NCBI GenBank assembly: GCA_964486045.1
Contig: CAZALK010000008.1
Span: 1 to 64,000 of the forward strand
DNA: 64,000 nt
DNA from: an uncultured archaeon
GTDB lineage: Archaea; Asgardarchaeota; Lokiarchaeia; Sigyniarchaeales; SOKP01
Direction of reading: 5' to 3'
Positions 29,116 through 39,300 of this stretch are shown one piece after another. The translations under genes were made by a program, and so were the position numbers. Below the pieces are notes generated by a model that worked only from the letters and a program-made list of their open reading frames with translations, was not told the DNA's origin and ran no database searches. Numbering within the stretch: the first letter of the stretch is position 1; every line of letters starts with the position of its first letter.

Positions 29116-30558
29116 ATTAGTTTTTCTGATATTCCTGTCGATGTAGGACCTGTTTACGAAGGGGAACGAATTAGAGGGAATCAGATGTACGTTGAACTTG
29201 GTGGGCCAAAAATTTCCAAACATTTTGAACTCGTACGCGTTCTCGACGCCAAGGAAATTGAGGATGGAAAAATAATAATTATTGGCCCAGATCTAAAAGA
29301 TATGGAAGAAGGATCTAGACACCCAATAGGTATTTTAGTAGAAGTTGCGGGACCTGAGTTAGAAGAGGATCTAGAAGCAGTTTTTGAAAGAAGAGTTCAT
29401 GAATTTTGCAACTTCATAAATGGAATCATGCATTTAAACCAACGCTATACCAACTGGATGCGCATATCCAAAGCCGCCTATGAGAAAGGTTTTAATTCCC
29501 TTGAAATGCTTGGAACAGTCTTAATACGATTATTTAAAGCAGAATTACCGATAATTAAGAGCGCACAAGTTACAATCATTACCGACCCCGAAAAAATCAA
29601 AGAACCCCACGAATTTGCTTTAGGAATTTATGAAAAAAGAGATGAGAGAGCTCGAAGTATCAACGATGATGATGTTGACATGTTTTATGGCTGTGTTCTA
29701 TGTCAATCTTTCGCTCCAACACACGCATGCTGCATTACACCAAATCGGATGAGTTTATGTGGCTCGATTTCATGGTTTGATGCGAGAGCAGCTGCTCGTG
29801 TAGATCCGAAGGGTCCTTTATTCGAAGTACCCATGGGAGAGACAATTAATAAAGACGGAGGAGAATATTCCGGTATTAACGAGATGATAAAAAAACGATC
29901 CCTAGGTGAAATTGAAAGAATTTATCTATATAGTGGAATGGAGTTCCCTCATACTTCTTGTGGATGTTTTGAGGCAATAGACTTTTTTATTCCTGAAACT
30001 GGTGCGGGCCATGGCATCATTGATAGAAATCATGATGGAATAGCATTAAATGGTCTCCCATTCTCAGCGATGGCAAATCAAACCGGAGGTGGAAAACAAA
30101 TGGCGGGTTTCAACGGAATTAGTATCCAATATATTATTAGCCCTAAATTTCAAATATACGATGCAATTCAAGCGGGATTAAAGACAGGTATTGAATTGGT
30201 TGTTTGGATGGGAAGAACGACGAAGGATCGCGTATATGATCTACTTCCAGAAGATATCCGGGATAAAATTGCGACTGAAGATGATGTTGCCGACATAAGC
30301 GATTTACCAGCATGGTTAGAAAAAGTAAAGCATCCTATTATAGAAACAGAGGAATATAAAGCCGCTATCGGGGGAGTTGAAGAGGAAGAAGAAGAATGGG
30401 AAGAAGAAGGTGCAATGATGCCGATGGGGACTGTTGGAATGACAATTCCCGGAGTTGGAGGGGGCTCAGGTTTTAAGATTATTCTAAAGAATTGTAAGAT
30501 CCATGCTGAATCGATAATCATCAAAAAGATTGAACCTAAAACCAGAAGGAAGAAATAG
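29116..30558 (+). CDS. cdhC: CO dehydrogenase/acetyl-CoA synthase complex beta subunit (acetyl-CoA synthase)
   Basis: YEGERIR, VELGGPK, FYGCVLCQSFAPTHAC, SLCG and PHTSCGCFE A-cluster motifs, plus an acidic/Gly-rich C-terminal tail. The conserved N-terminus extends upstream of ATG 29185 to ATT 29116, behind GAGGTG. Confidence 0.95.
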   Translation: MSFSDIPVDVGPVYEGERIRGNQMYVELGGPKISKHFELVRVLDAKEIEDGKIIIIGPDLKDMEEGSRHPIGILVEVAGPELEEDLEAVFERRVHEFCNFINGIMHLNQRYTNWMRISKAAYEKGFNSLEMLGTVLIRLFKAELPIIKSAQVTIITDPEKIKEPHEFALGIYEKRDERARSINDDDVDMFYGCVLCQSFAPTHACCITPNRMSLCGSISWFDARAAARVDPKGPLFEVPMGETINKDGGEYSGINEMIKKRSLGEIERIYLYSGMEFPHTSCGCFEAIDFFIPETGAGHGIIDRNHDGIALNGLPFSAMANQTGGGKQMAGFNGISIQYIISPKFQIYDAIQAGLKTGIELVVWMGRTTKDRVYDLLPEDIRDKIATEDDVADISDLPAWLEKVKHPIIETEEYKAAIGGVEEEEEEWEEEGAMMPMGTVGMTIPGVGGGSGFKIILKNCKIHAESIIIKKIEPKTRRKK

Positions 30559-30565
30559 TTATAAT

Positions 30566-30590
30566 ATTTTTTTTTACTTATTTTTAAATT
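30566..30590 (+). terminator. Oligo-T archaeal-type terminator after cdhC
   Basis: A run of ten T's and further T tracts immediately follow the stop codon. Confidence 0.45.
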
Positions 30591-30818
30591 GTTTTAATTC
30601 AATAATTGACATTTTAAGACATCTACTGATTGAGATAATTCTAAATTCTACTAATTGAACATATTGTTACCATTACACTATAGCTTGGAATTTCATGATT
30701 AGACGGTATAGATATAGGTAGAATTTTATGACTACAATCTCATAGAAATTATCAATTCATAGTGTTTACAAAGCTTAAATTTAAGTATGTATTATTACTT
30801 CAGAAGGTTGTCTCCTAT

Positions 30819-31001
30819 ATGAAAAATACATTTCTCATTACTTATGTATCGTGGATTGTAAGCCTTTTGTTATATATGTGGGTCTGCGCTCTCGCGTCAG
30901 AAACCCAAGAACAATTTTATTATTTATTGAGTTTTGGAACGATGATTAGTATGCTTTTTTTCTGTAGTATTCTTGGGTTTCTCACAGAAAAATTAGATTA
31001 A
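30819..31001 (+). CDS. Small two-TM membrane protein, hypothetical
   Basis: Two hydrophobic segments. ATG 30819 is a more likely start than GTG 30762. Confidence 0.4.
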   Translation: MKNTFLITYVSWIVSLLLYMWVCALASETQEQFYYLLSFGTMISMLFFCSILGFLTEKLD

Positions 31002-31053
31002 AGCTAAACTTAAACTCACTGAACATTTTTGGCTGTATTTTTAAGGGAAAATC

Positions 31054-31716
31054 TTAATATAATATTTCTACTTTAAAATCCTCTTTTTTCTGAGTATATA
31101 ATTTCCAATAATTTTCTGCAATAGCCGAAGGATTGTATTTCACATCTTCTGGTTCGATAATTCCACAAATAATAACTGAAGCGACATGGATATTCTGTGG
31201 AGTTAATTCTGCTGCTAATGTTTTTACTAAATTAATGAGTGCACCTTTTCCAACAGAAAGAGAAGCAAATTCTTTATGAGGTTCAATACCTAGATGTCCT
31301 CCAGTAACAAGAATAGTACCTTCTTTTTTTGCTTGCATTGCTGGGAGAACCTCTTGAACCGCTGTTAAAACTCCTGCTACATTCACTTTAAAATCAGTGA
31401 CTAAAGATTCGAATCGTTCGTCAAGAATATTTCTCATTTTTAAACGAGCAGCATTATAGATTAATACATCTGTGTTCCCCACTTTTTCTTTTAATTTTTG
31501 AAGCGAATTTTTTAACGAATCTTCTATACTTGCATCTCCCACAAAATAGTAAGAGTCAATATTATCTTTTTTTAATTCTCCTTGGAGTTTTTGCAATTTT
31601 TCTTCATTGCGTGAAATCATAGCTACGGTAAACCTTTCTTTGCCAAATTTTCTTGCGATACCCATCCCATTACCTGGTCCCATTCCTACAATTGTTATAA
31701 TTTTTTTCTTTTCCAT
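31054..31716 (-). CDS. Short-chain dehydrogenase/reductase (SDR)
   Basis: N-terminal GMGPGNG Rossmann motif, VLIYNAA, ILVTGG. The YxxxK motif is atypical (LSVGK). Confidence 0.88.
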   Translation of the reverse strand: MEKKKIITIVGMGPGNGMGIARKFGKERFTVAMISRNEEKLQKLQGELKKDNIDSYYFVGDASIEDSLKNSLQKLKEKVGNTDVLIYNAARLKMRNILDERFESLVTDFKVNVAGVLTAVQEVLPAMQAKKEGTILVTGGHLGIEPHKEFASLSVGKGALINLVKTLAAELTPQNIHVASVIICGIIEPEDVKYNPSAIAENYWKLYTQKKEDFKVEILY

Positions 31717-32129
31717 AAATTTTCATATCAATTAATTATGATCAATTATTTTTGACCATTATATTCATTGAATTCCATTCTAAATTTAGATTTTAGGTTT
31801 TTTTCGATCTTACACATATTTTTTATTACCATTTCAATAGAACCATAGCATAATAAGGAATAAATTTAAAATTCTAAATTATTAAAAATTTTTATTTTAT
31901 AATTCGATAAAACAACTTCGTAAATAGAGCATTAACCATTTTCAAAGATTTTTACGACAAAAAATCGACATAACCCTACAGCAATTCATATTCTACAAAA
32001 CTTGTTCCTTTATCACGGAATTCTTATAAAGAGGGTAACATTTAAAAGTGAGAATTTTGTTATATATGAGGAACAGCAGTTAAGAATATATTTTTAATAC
32101 GATTTGGACTAAACTCTTTAGAAATTAAA

Positions 32130-32585
32130 ATGTTGATTCGAGAAGCTGGTATCATCTTTAATGGAATACCCGTTATTTTTGCTAGTTACCATAGAGCCAG
32201 TAAAGAAAAAACAGATTTAATTTGTTCAAGCGGATTGATGAGTGGATTACTAACTTTTGCCGAATGCTTAATGGCGCCAATTGAATATTTTGAAAGCAGC
32301 AATTATTCCATAATTTTCAATAAAGGAATGATGAAAGATTTTTATGGAAAAGAACAAGAGGTGCTTGCATTCTTAGTTGTTGATAAAGATAACAGACTTG
32401 AAAAATATTTACACAAAACTGTTTTACCACTTTTGGAGAAATTACTAAAAAAATTTACCTCTCAATATACTGGTTGTAAAATTACTGAAACAGCTCAATT
32501 TGAGCCATTTAAGCAAACTATTGACAAAATTTTCGGAACTGGTACTCAAACTTTTGAAGAAAAGGTAATTTCTTTATTAACTTAA
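32130..32585 (+). CDS. Longin/roadblock-like small alpha/beta protein (Asgard type)
   Basis: Beta-beta (IIFNGIPVIF), then helix (SGLMSGLLTFAE), three strands, and a C-terminal FEPFKQTIDKIF helix, a pattern typical of Asgard longin-like proteins. Confidence 0.6.
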   Translation: MLIREAGIIFNGIPVIFASYHRASKEKTDLICSSGLMSGLLTFAECLMAPIEYFESSNYSIIFNKGMMKDFYGKEQEVLAFLVVDKDNRLEKYLHKTVLPLLEKLLKKFTSQYTGCKITETAQFEPFKQTIDKIFGTGTQTFEEKVISLLT

Positions 32586-32624
32586 TTAAAAAATCTTATT
32601 TTATCACGATTTCCGAAAGTTAGA

Positions 32625-33737
32625 TTAATTTATCCGTGAAAAAAATATTTCTCTAATTTTGTTAAAGAGAGCCTTATTTTCATCAAGATAATTACCCTTT
32701 AAAACTTGAGATCCCCCATTGGGATAATAGGCTAGTATTACGGAATCACATAATGTCCCACTCATACTTTTATAACCTATATCATATCCAACTATATTAA
32801 ATCCTTTTTCAAGAGCAAGTGCCATAGAGTGTATGCTACTTTGAGTTGTAGGAATTCTCCATAAAATAATTCTCCAATCCTTATAGGTTTTAATTAGTTG
32901 GTTTAATGACTTTTCTTTAATAGAACCATATAATTGTACTAACCCATTATAATAATCTTTTGAAACACCATACAATTCATACCCCTGATCTTTTTTACCT
33001 TTTTCTGTGACTAAATCATCATCTTTCATTCGTTTACATTGATTTTTGACGTGTTTATGAAAAAAGACGAAATCCTCATCATCTAATAAATAAACCTTAT
33101 TCTCTCTTTGACGCCAAAGTTTTTTAAATACAAGTGTGTAAAGAAATGCAGCCTCTTCTTCTTTTGGTGGAAATGGGGTATTATTAGTTATTTCATAAGT
33201 TCTCTTATCTCCTAAATTGAAGTAAGCCGGTATTAAACCAAAGTGTATTGCCCCAGCATTTTGATTAAGTTTTTGTGCTCTAACCTCTAACGTCCGCACT
33301 TCTGTATCAATTTTTAGAACATCTTTGAATTGTGGCATTTTCATGACTGAAATAAGACCTGCTGCACCTATTCTTGTTGTAACTCCTTGACCTTGGAATT
33401 TTTTCTTTGTCATACCTTTGCTTGAGTGAGCAATATATCTCTTTTTTTCTATTAATCCCACACCAGCTATTTCTCGAGTATTTAATAATTCACCTACAAA
33501 CCAGAAATTATTCTTATTTGACAGCTCTTTTTTTAAATATTCTAATTCATACACTAAAGGATTGACATACTTATACCCCCAAATTTCTCTAAAAATCATA
33601 GAAATAGGTTTAGCATCATTCGGGGTCCCAAATCTTAATCCATATTCATCTCCATTTTTAGCTACAAATTTCTGAAAATATGCAATATCTTCTTGTTTTG
33701 ATAAATATTTTTTACTAATAACTGCCAATCTTATCAC
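32625..33737 (-). CDS. GNAT-fold N-acetyltransferase-like protein
   Basis: KKFQGQGV acetyl-CoA-binding motif A, with DAKPISMIFREIWG at the N-terminus. The start may be the TTG just downstream of GGTGA. Confidence 0.65.
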   Translation of the reverse strand: MIRLAVISKKYLSKQEDIAYFQKFVAKNGDEYGLRFGTPNDAKPISMIFREIWGYKYVNPLVYELEYLKKELSNKNNFWFVGELLNTREIAGVGLIEKKRYIAHSSKGMTKKKFQGQGVTTRIGAAGLISVMKMPQFKDVLKIDTEVRTLEVRAQKLNQNAGAIHFGLIPAYFNLGDKRTYEITNNTPFPPKEEEAAFLYTLVFKKLWRQRENKVYLLDDEDFVFFHKHVKNQCKRMKDDDLVTEKGKKDQGYELYGVSKDYYNGLVQLYGSIKEKSLNQLIKTYKDWRIILWRIPTTQSSIHSMALALEKGFNIVGYDIGYKSMSGTLCDSVILAYYPNGGSQVLKGNYLDENKALFNKIREIFFSRIN

Positions 33738-33990
33738 CTTACATTGAAAAATTTATAAAATGTTAAGTAATACTCTCTAAAAGCCTTTAAATAATTTTCT
33801 AATTTTCACGTGAAAAAAGGGAAATTCAAGGTAAGGATCTTTGGCAAAAAAAGTAAAAAACTTTGATGTCAAATTATTATTTAAACACATCTAGATATGA
33901 AAAAACCATAAAAAAAAAGCGGACAAAAGAAATAGCGTCTAAGCAAAATCAATGATTGTTATTTTTTCAAAGATAAAAGAGAAATTATTT

Positions 33991-34746
33991 TTATTTTTTT
34001 AATTTGGAACCAATTCCATAATACATCAATGAACCCCATAAAATTACTGAAATTCCTAATAAACTTACCACTGGCCTCAAAATATTCTGGAAACTCTCAT
34101 ATTCTTCCATAATATATGTTAATAAATTTAATATGTATACTGGATATAAATTAAAAATAACTAATCCTAATGAACCTATTAAATAATAGAACCATTTTCT
34201 CTTTAATTCTTTAGTTTCAAATTTAAAATAAATTTTAAAAGATGTATAAAATATTGGTATAATTGCAAAGCAATTTACAATAGAAACTAAATAAATAAAA
34301 AAATACGGGGCCCATTTCATATATCCTGAAGAATGTATCGTCACTCCTTGAAAAGGGTATATAATTAATATTAACATTCCAATGAAAAGGATAAGACCGT
34401 AGTAAAGGATATATCTATTTTGCCGTTTTACAGAAAAAATGATGGTTGATTCTAATATTATCATATTTACAATCACGATAAAAATTAATCCGAAATTTAC
34501 AGAGAAGACAGATAAAAAATGAAGAATTATAACAATATAATCAATATCTATTGCCGCATAAATCATATTTAGGATTAAACCAATGATTGTACTTATAAAG
34601 AATCCACTAAAAATCAGGTTTAATCGTTGTTTTTTTCGGTGTAATATTCGATTAGCTAACACTGAAAAATAGACAACAATAATTCCCATAACTACATAAA
34701 CGGATATTATTCTTGTAGTCGTGGCAGATATTTGGAAAAAAGCTAT
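33991..34746 (-). CDS. Multi-pass (~7 TM) membrane protein, HisKA-7TM-like sensor type
   Basis: About seven hydrophobic segments. The frame extends upstream of ATG 34689 to ATA 34746, behind GGTGAT. Confidence 0.75.
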   Translation of the reverse strand: MAFFQISATTTRIISVYVVMGIIVVYFSVLANRILHRKKQRLNLIFSGFFISTIIGLILNMIYAAIDIDYIVIILHFLSVFSVNFGLIFIVIVNMIILESTIIFSVKRQNRYILYYGLILFIGMLILIIYPFQGVTIHSSGYMKWAPYFFIYLVSIVNCFAIIPIFYTSFKIYFKFETKELKRKWFYYLIGSLGLVIFNLYPVYILNLLTYIMEEYESFQNILRPVVSLLGISVILWGSLMYYGIGSKLKK

Positions 34747-34891
34747 TTATATCACCAGTATCAGCTCATTTTAGTTTTGTTATATAAACATTGGATTTAA
34801 TATTAATAAAGATAATCTTGTTTGAGAGGTTTGAATCAAAATTAATAGTTTCATTTAAGATGATAAAATTTAAAAAAAAGTATTTACATTC

Positions 34892-35467
34892 TTATCTCAG
34901 GCTGATTTCTTTCAACCTTTGAGAAATATCCCATTCCTTCATAAGTTTTACTACACATAAAGGCAGAAAATGTTCCCATTTTTCGCCCTTTATCATAGCT
35001 TCACGTATATCACTTGAGCTAAGTCCTTTTTTTTCAATGGGAACTTCCCAAAGGAGATGAATTTTCAATCCCAAAGATTCAAAGTATTTTTTCTTTTGTC
35101 TCCCCCACTCATCATATATTGTAAGGAAAAAAATAACATCCAATGGAACATAATATTTGATAAGTTCTGGAACGTTTATGGGAAATGGTACTATAGAAAA
35201 TTCAGATAATGATAAGTCTTGTTCTAAAAGTGCTGCTTGTATCATGACATAACGTTCATAATAAGTTAATGGATTTGCTATAGGAGTGCTGCGGTGTGGA
35301 TTAGTATCTGAGTCTCTCGTTAAAGAGGGATCAGGATTCGTAATTCCCACTACGAGATTCTTACACAATTCCTTACCTGCCATTAGATATTTAATGTGAT
35401 CATTATGCAATATCTGAAATCTACCATGAATTACACCTAGTTCATATTGAAAGATTTTCTGTTTCAT
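34892..35467 (-). CDS. Nicotinamide/nicotinate-nucleotide adenylyltransferase-like (cytidylyltransferase family)
   Basis: HGRFQILHNDH (HxxH), NPLTYYER and SSSDIR motifs. Confidence 0.85.
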   Translation of the reverse strand: MKQKIFQYELGVIHGRFQILHNDHIKYLMAGKELCKNLVVGITNPDPSLTRDSDTNPHRSTPIANPLTYYERYVMIQAALLEQDLSLSEFSIVPFPINVPELIKYYVPLDVIFFLTIYDEWGRQKKKYFESLGLKIHLLWEVPIEKKGLSSSDIREAMIKGEKWEHFLPLCVVKLMKEWDISQRLKEISLR

Positions 35468-35637
35468 CTCTACACTCTGTTTAATGACTTCAACAAATAA
35501 TAGATTATCATATTTGAAATAACTTATTAATATGTCAAATTTTTCACTATTTTTGAAGGCTATTAATATTTATATTGGCGCTATGGACTATTGTTCTATA
35601 ATTTTAAAGTGAATCTTTTTAATTTTTTAATATTAGA

Positions 35638-36801
35638 ATGAGCAGATCTTCTGAAATCATGATAAAACCAAAAACCCATAGTAGCAGCTCTGTGAAATTT
35701 GTCCATGCAAGTGATATTCACCTTGGTTGCCACCAATATCGAACTTTAAACCGTGCTGATGATTTTATAAGAGCTTTCAGAGAAATATTGATATTATCAA
35801 TTGACCACTGTGCAGATTTCATTATTCTAGGTGGGGATGTCTTTACTTCTCTAGAAATGTTGCCAGGAAAATTATTGGAAATAGTAGAGATGTTAACTGA
35901 ATTTAAGACTCGTACAAGTGGAAAGATCAAAATCATTGCAATTGAGGGAAATCATGACATTCGAAAATCTTCTTTTGGTTTGAGATTATCCAAGCGTGGT
36001 CAATCATGGCTAAAACTTATCTCGAGCTTGGGTTTAATAATTTTGCTTGATGCAAATTTAGAAGATTCTCCAGAAGAATTGTTTAAGGTTTATGATTCTA
36101 GTTTGAAAAAAGGGGGGAAAATCCAAATAAAGAATGTAATGATTCACGGAATTCAATATATTGGCCAGGATCCTATAAAATATTTACCTAAGATAAAAAA
36201 CGCAATTAAAAAGGAACATGGGGTATATAATATCCTGCTACAACATTATGGTATTAAAGGACAAATGAAAAATGTGCCAGGAGTGAAATTAGAAGATATT
36301 GAATTATTAAAAGATCGAGTAAATTATTTAGCTCTAGGTCATTTTCATCGTCAATTCATAATAGATGATTGGATATATAATCCTGGCTCTTCTGAAGCAG
36401 CGAGTTGGATTGATTCAACTTTTAAAAGAGGAGTTTTTTTAGTAGAAGTTTATAATGATAAAAAATTTACCAAAATTATTCAAATCATTAGATTACATAA
36501 TCGTCACCACCGATGGGAGGTAATTTTTTTCCCAAAGGCTATAAAGAACAAACAAAACTTTTATAACTTTATTTTCCATAAATTAAAACCGGTTTTTAAA
36601 TACTCTCAACCTAAAATAGGAACGTTAGATATGAGGATACCCGCGTTATATTTAGTATTGAAAGGTAAAAAGCCCCTAAACTTATTTAAAATAAACGAAA
36701 AAGAATTAGGAAATAGAATTTGTGAGAATTTTCCGGTTGTAGATGTTAAAATCTATCAGAAATTTACTAATTCTGTGGTTAAATTAGATAAATACATGTA
36801 A
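35638..36801 (+). CDS. mre11: Mre11/SbcD-family metallophosphoesterase nuclease
   Basis: SDIHLG, GGDVF, GNHD, LALGHFH and YNPGS motifs. Confidence 0.85.
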   Translation: MSRSSEIMIKPKTHSSSSVKFVHASDIHLGCHQYRTLNRADDFIRAFREILILSIDHCADFIILGGDVFTSLEMLPGKLLEIVEMLTEFKTRTSGKIKIIAIEGNHDIRKSSFGLRLSKRGQSWLKLISSLGLIILLDANLEDSPEELFKVYDSSLKKGGKIQIKNVMIHGIQYIGQDPIKYLPKIKNAIKKEHGVYNILLQHYGIKGQMKNVPGVKLEDIELLKDRVNYLALGHFHRQFIIDDWIYNPGSSEAASWIDSTFKRGVFLVEVYNDKKFTKIIQIIRLHNRHHRWEVIFFPKAIKNKQNFYNFIFHKLKPVFKYSQPKIGTLDMRIPALYLVLKGKKPLNLFKINEKELGNRICENFPVVDVKIYQKFTNSVVKLDKYM

Positions 36802-36917
36802 CCTGCTTTTTCCTTAAGGAGATCCATGATATTTTAATATTTCTTATTAGACTGTTTTGTAAAATTAACTGAGTAAGTTAAATGTTTATTAAATAATTTA
36901 GTTAAATCCTATATGAG

Positions 36918-38528
36918 ATGTCAGTACGAAATTTTATAAAAAAAAATCGAATTTTCTCTATTGTGTCAATAGGCTTTCTTATATGGCTAGTATTCTTAAT
37001 AATATTAAGTGTTTTAAATAAACGAAAAATCATTTTCCTCGATGTTCTTAACTCCTATCCTGGAACAGATGTATCATCAGAATATCATTCAGTAGTGCCA
37101 TTGATCAGGTATTTTATTGAACCCTTTGTCGGAATATCTTTTATAATCGGGATGGATTTCGAGTATTTAATTGCTTTAACAATAATTTATCCCATTTATA
37201 GATTATTATACTTATTTCTGAAAAAAAAGGGGCGAATTAACAAGAAAAGATTCAAGAAATTAAAGCCCCCAGTATTTAATTATTTGAGATTTGTGTTTAA
37301 AATATTTTCTTTAACAGTAATAATAATAGCAGTTGCTATATTAATCGGCTATATAATTTCAGGTTATTATTTTGTTAGTCGCCATTTTATGATGATTATT
37401 CAACCAGGAATAAGAATTTGCTTTGTATTATTAATTGTTAAGATTTCCTATTTATTTATGATTTTTCTGCATCCTAAATTAAAATTCAAAAATTTTTCTG
37501 AGAAAAAACTAAAAAAAATTAAAAGAAATTCAAAATTAGCAAAACATTCTGATACAATAAAGATGGAACTTACTTATTTCGTAGCATTAATATATTTAAT
37601 GCTTGCAATAAACATTCTCTTGATTTCTACTCCATTTCCAACTCATCGGATAAATGCTGATTTAGATTATGATGAGTTTTTATTTGATTTTCATGTTCAC
37701 ACAACAATGTCAGATGGTTGGATCACCCCAGAGCAAAGAGTAATGTGGTATATAGAACAAGGAATAGATGGTGCTGCTTTTTCTGACCATGATAATCTCC
37801 GTGGGGTGATTCCTGCTAGAAATTATGTAGAAAGTAACAATTTAGATTTTACTGTTTGGTTAGGAGCAGAATGGACTGATAATGAGAGGGATATTCATAT
37901 GAATTATTATGGTCTAGAAGAAGAAATTGTTGCTCCTATGTCAAAAACATCGTTGGGCATATCTTTAGCATTAAACGCATCAGATATGATCGCCTATGTA
38001 AAGAATCATGGAGGATATGTGATTGTGAACCATTATAATTATAATCCTAATCCAAAAGGAGGTTATGGGACACCATACACTCTTGAGCAACTACGAGACT
38101 GGGGGGTTGATGGTTTTGAAATAATTAATGGTGACCATGTTGAAGAAAAGGAGATAAGAGAATTTTGCTTAAATAATACTAACAACTATAATGAGAGCTT
38201 AATATGTTTTGGTGGTTCTGATATTCATACAAGTGAAGATTTAAATGCTTTTATAAAAGTAAGGTTAAATGATCCTTCAAATAAAACTATCGATAACATT
38301 TTTAAAAATTTAAGAAATAATAGCCATAGTGTGATAACTATTAATTTACATTCTAGCTTAGTAAATTTTCCAAGAGTGCTCAATGTTCTCGGTTTTGAAT
38401 TGCTAGAAGATTATTTAAATTATGTTCTAAATCTAAATTCATTTCAGGTAATTTCCTGGATAGCCTGGTCTTCTATAGGTTATTTATTATTCTTTTTAAC
38501 ATATAGAAAGATTAAAAAACGGATTTAA
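36918..38528 (+). CDS. Membrane-anchored PHP-domain phosphoesterase
   Basis: Several N-terminal TMs, DFHVHTTMSDG, SDHD, NH and GGSDIH PHP motifs, and a C-terminal TM. Confidence 0.85.
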   Translation: MSVRNFIKKNRIFSIVSIGFLIWLVFLIILSVLNKRKIIFLDVLNSYPGTDVSSEYHSVVPLIRYFIEPFVGISFIIGMDFEYLIALTIIYPIYRLLYLFLKKKGRINKKRFKKLKPPVFNYLRFVFKIFSLTVIIIAVAILIGYIISGYYFVSRHFMMIIQPGIRICFVLLIVKISYLFMIFLHPKLKFKNFSEKKLKKIKRNSKLAKHSDTIKMELTYFVALIYLMLAINILLISTPFPTHRINADLDYDEFLFDFHVHTTMSDGWITPEQRVMWYIEQGIDGAAFSDHDNLRGVIPARNYVESNNLDFTVWLGAEWTDNERDIHMNYYGLEEEIVAPMSKTSLGISLALNASDMIAYVKNHGGYVIVNHYNYNPNPKGGYGTPYTLEQLRDWGVDGFEIINGDHVEEKEIREFCLNNTNNYNESLICFGGSDIHTSEDLNAFIKVRLNDPSNKTIDNIFKNLRNNSHSVITINLHSSLVNFPRVLNVLGFELLEDYLNYVLNLNSFQVISWIAWSSIGYLLFFLTYRKIKKRI

Positions 38529-38556
38529 GAAAATTAAAGCCTAGTAAATAAAAAAT

Positions 38557-39018
38557 TCAAATGTAGTAATGGTTTCTATCTTCTTTATATTTATCTTTGT
38601 CGTCATCTTTGTCATCATCTTTCCTATCACCAAGAAATTTCTTATAAAGATACTTGAGCATATCTTCTGGATTCCCCTTAAAGTCTTTTAAGTCTCGAGG
38701 GTCGAGTTTAATAATACCTCCCCTTTTAAGTGGTATAACTTTATTGCGTAAATCTCTCTCCATATCTTTTTGCCTTTTCTCATTCAAGGATAATTCCTTT
38801 TTCATTAGGTCTTTTAATTCAGTTACCACAAGGTCTTCTAAGTATTCTGGCTCAAATGCCATAAGCTTTTCTAAACCGTACATTTTTGTGAGTCTTCGTA
38901 TTGCTTTTCTCTTCTTAATTTCTGCTATCTGATTAATATTGTTTAACTTAAGCATAGATACAATATTAAGCCAATCCAGCTTAATTGTCCAACGAAAGTT
39001 CTTCTCGTCTTCTGTCAT
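38557..39018 (-). CDS. Hypothetical charged protein
   Basis: 153-aa ORF with protein-like composition and a low-complexity KDDD tail. Confidence 0.7.
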   Translation of the reverse strand: MTEDEKNFRWTIKLDWLNIVSMLKLNNINQIAEIKKRKAIRRLTKMYGLEKLMAFEPEYLEDLVVTELKDLMKKELSLNEKRQKDMERDLRNKVIPLKRGGIIKLDPRDLKDFKGNPEDMLKYLYKKFLGDRKDDDKDDDKDKYKEDRNHYYI

Positions 39019-39300
39019 AATTTTTGAAGGCTTGAATTATATTTGTAATTGCTATAATTTTTTTACAAAAAAAAAAATTTATTTATAGACTACTATGTAG
39101 TAACCGATAAATGATCTTTATAAATTTATTTATTTTAATCAATAATTTCCAGAAAAGGACTAAAGTTTCATAAATTTATCCACTTTAAATATAATGAGGT
39201 AAAGATTATCCAATATTGATTTATCTATTTGAATTTAAATATAAGAAGGTTAATCCTTAACATTTAGAAAAAAAATTAGGGTTAAAATATTAAACACCAG

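Noticed and set aside
38575-38625. KDDD repeat as a functional repeat array
   Set aside because: Short low-complexity coding repeat only.
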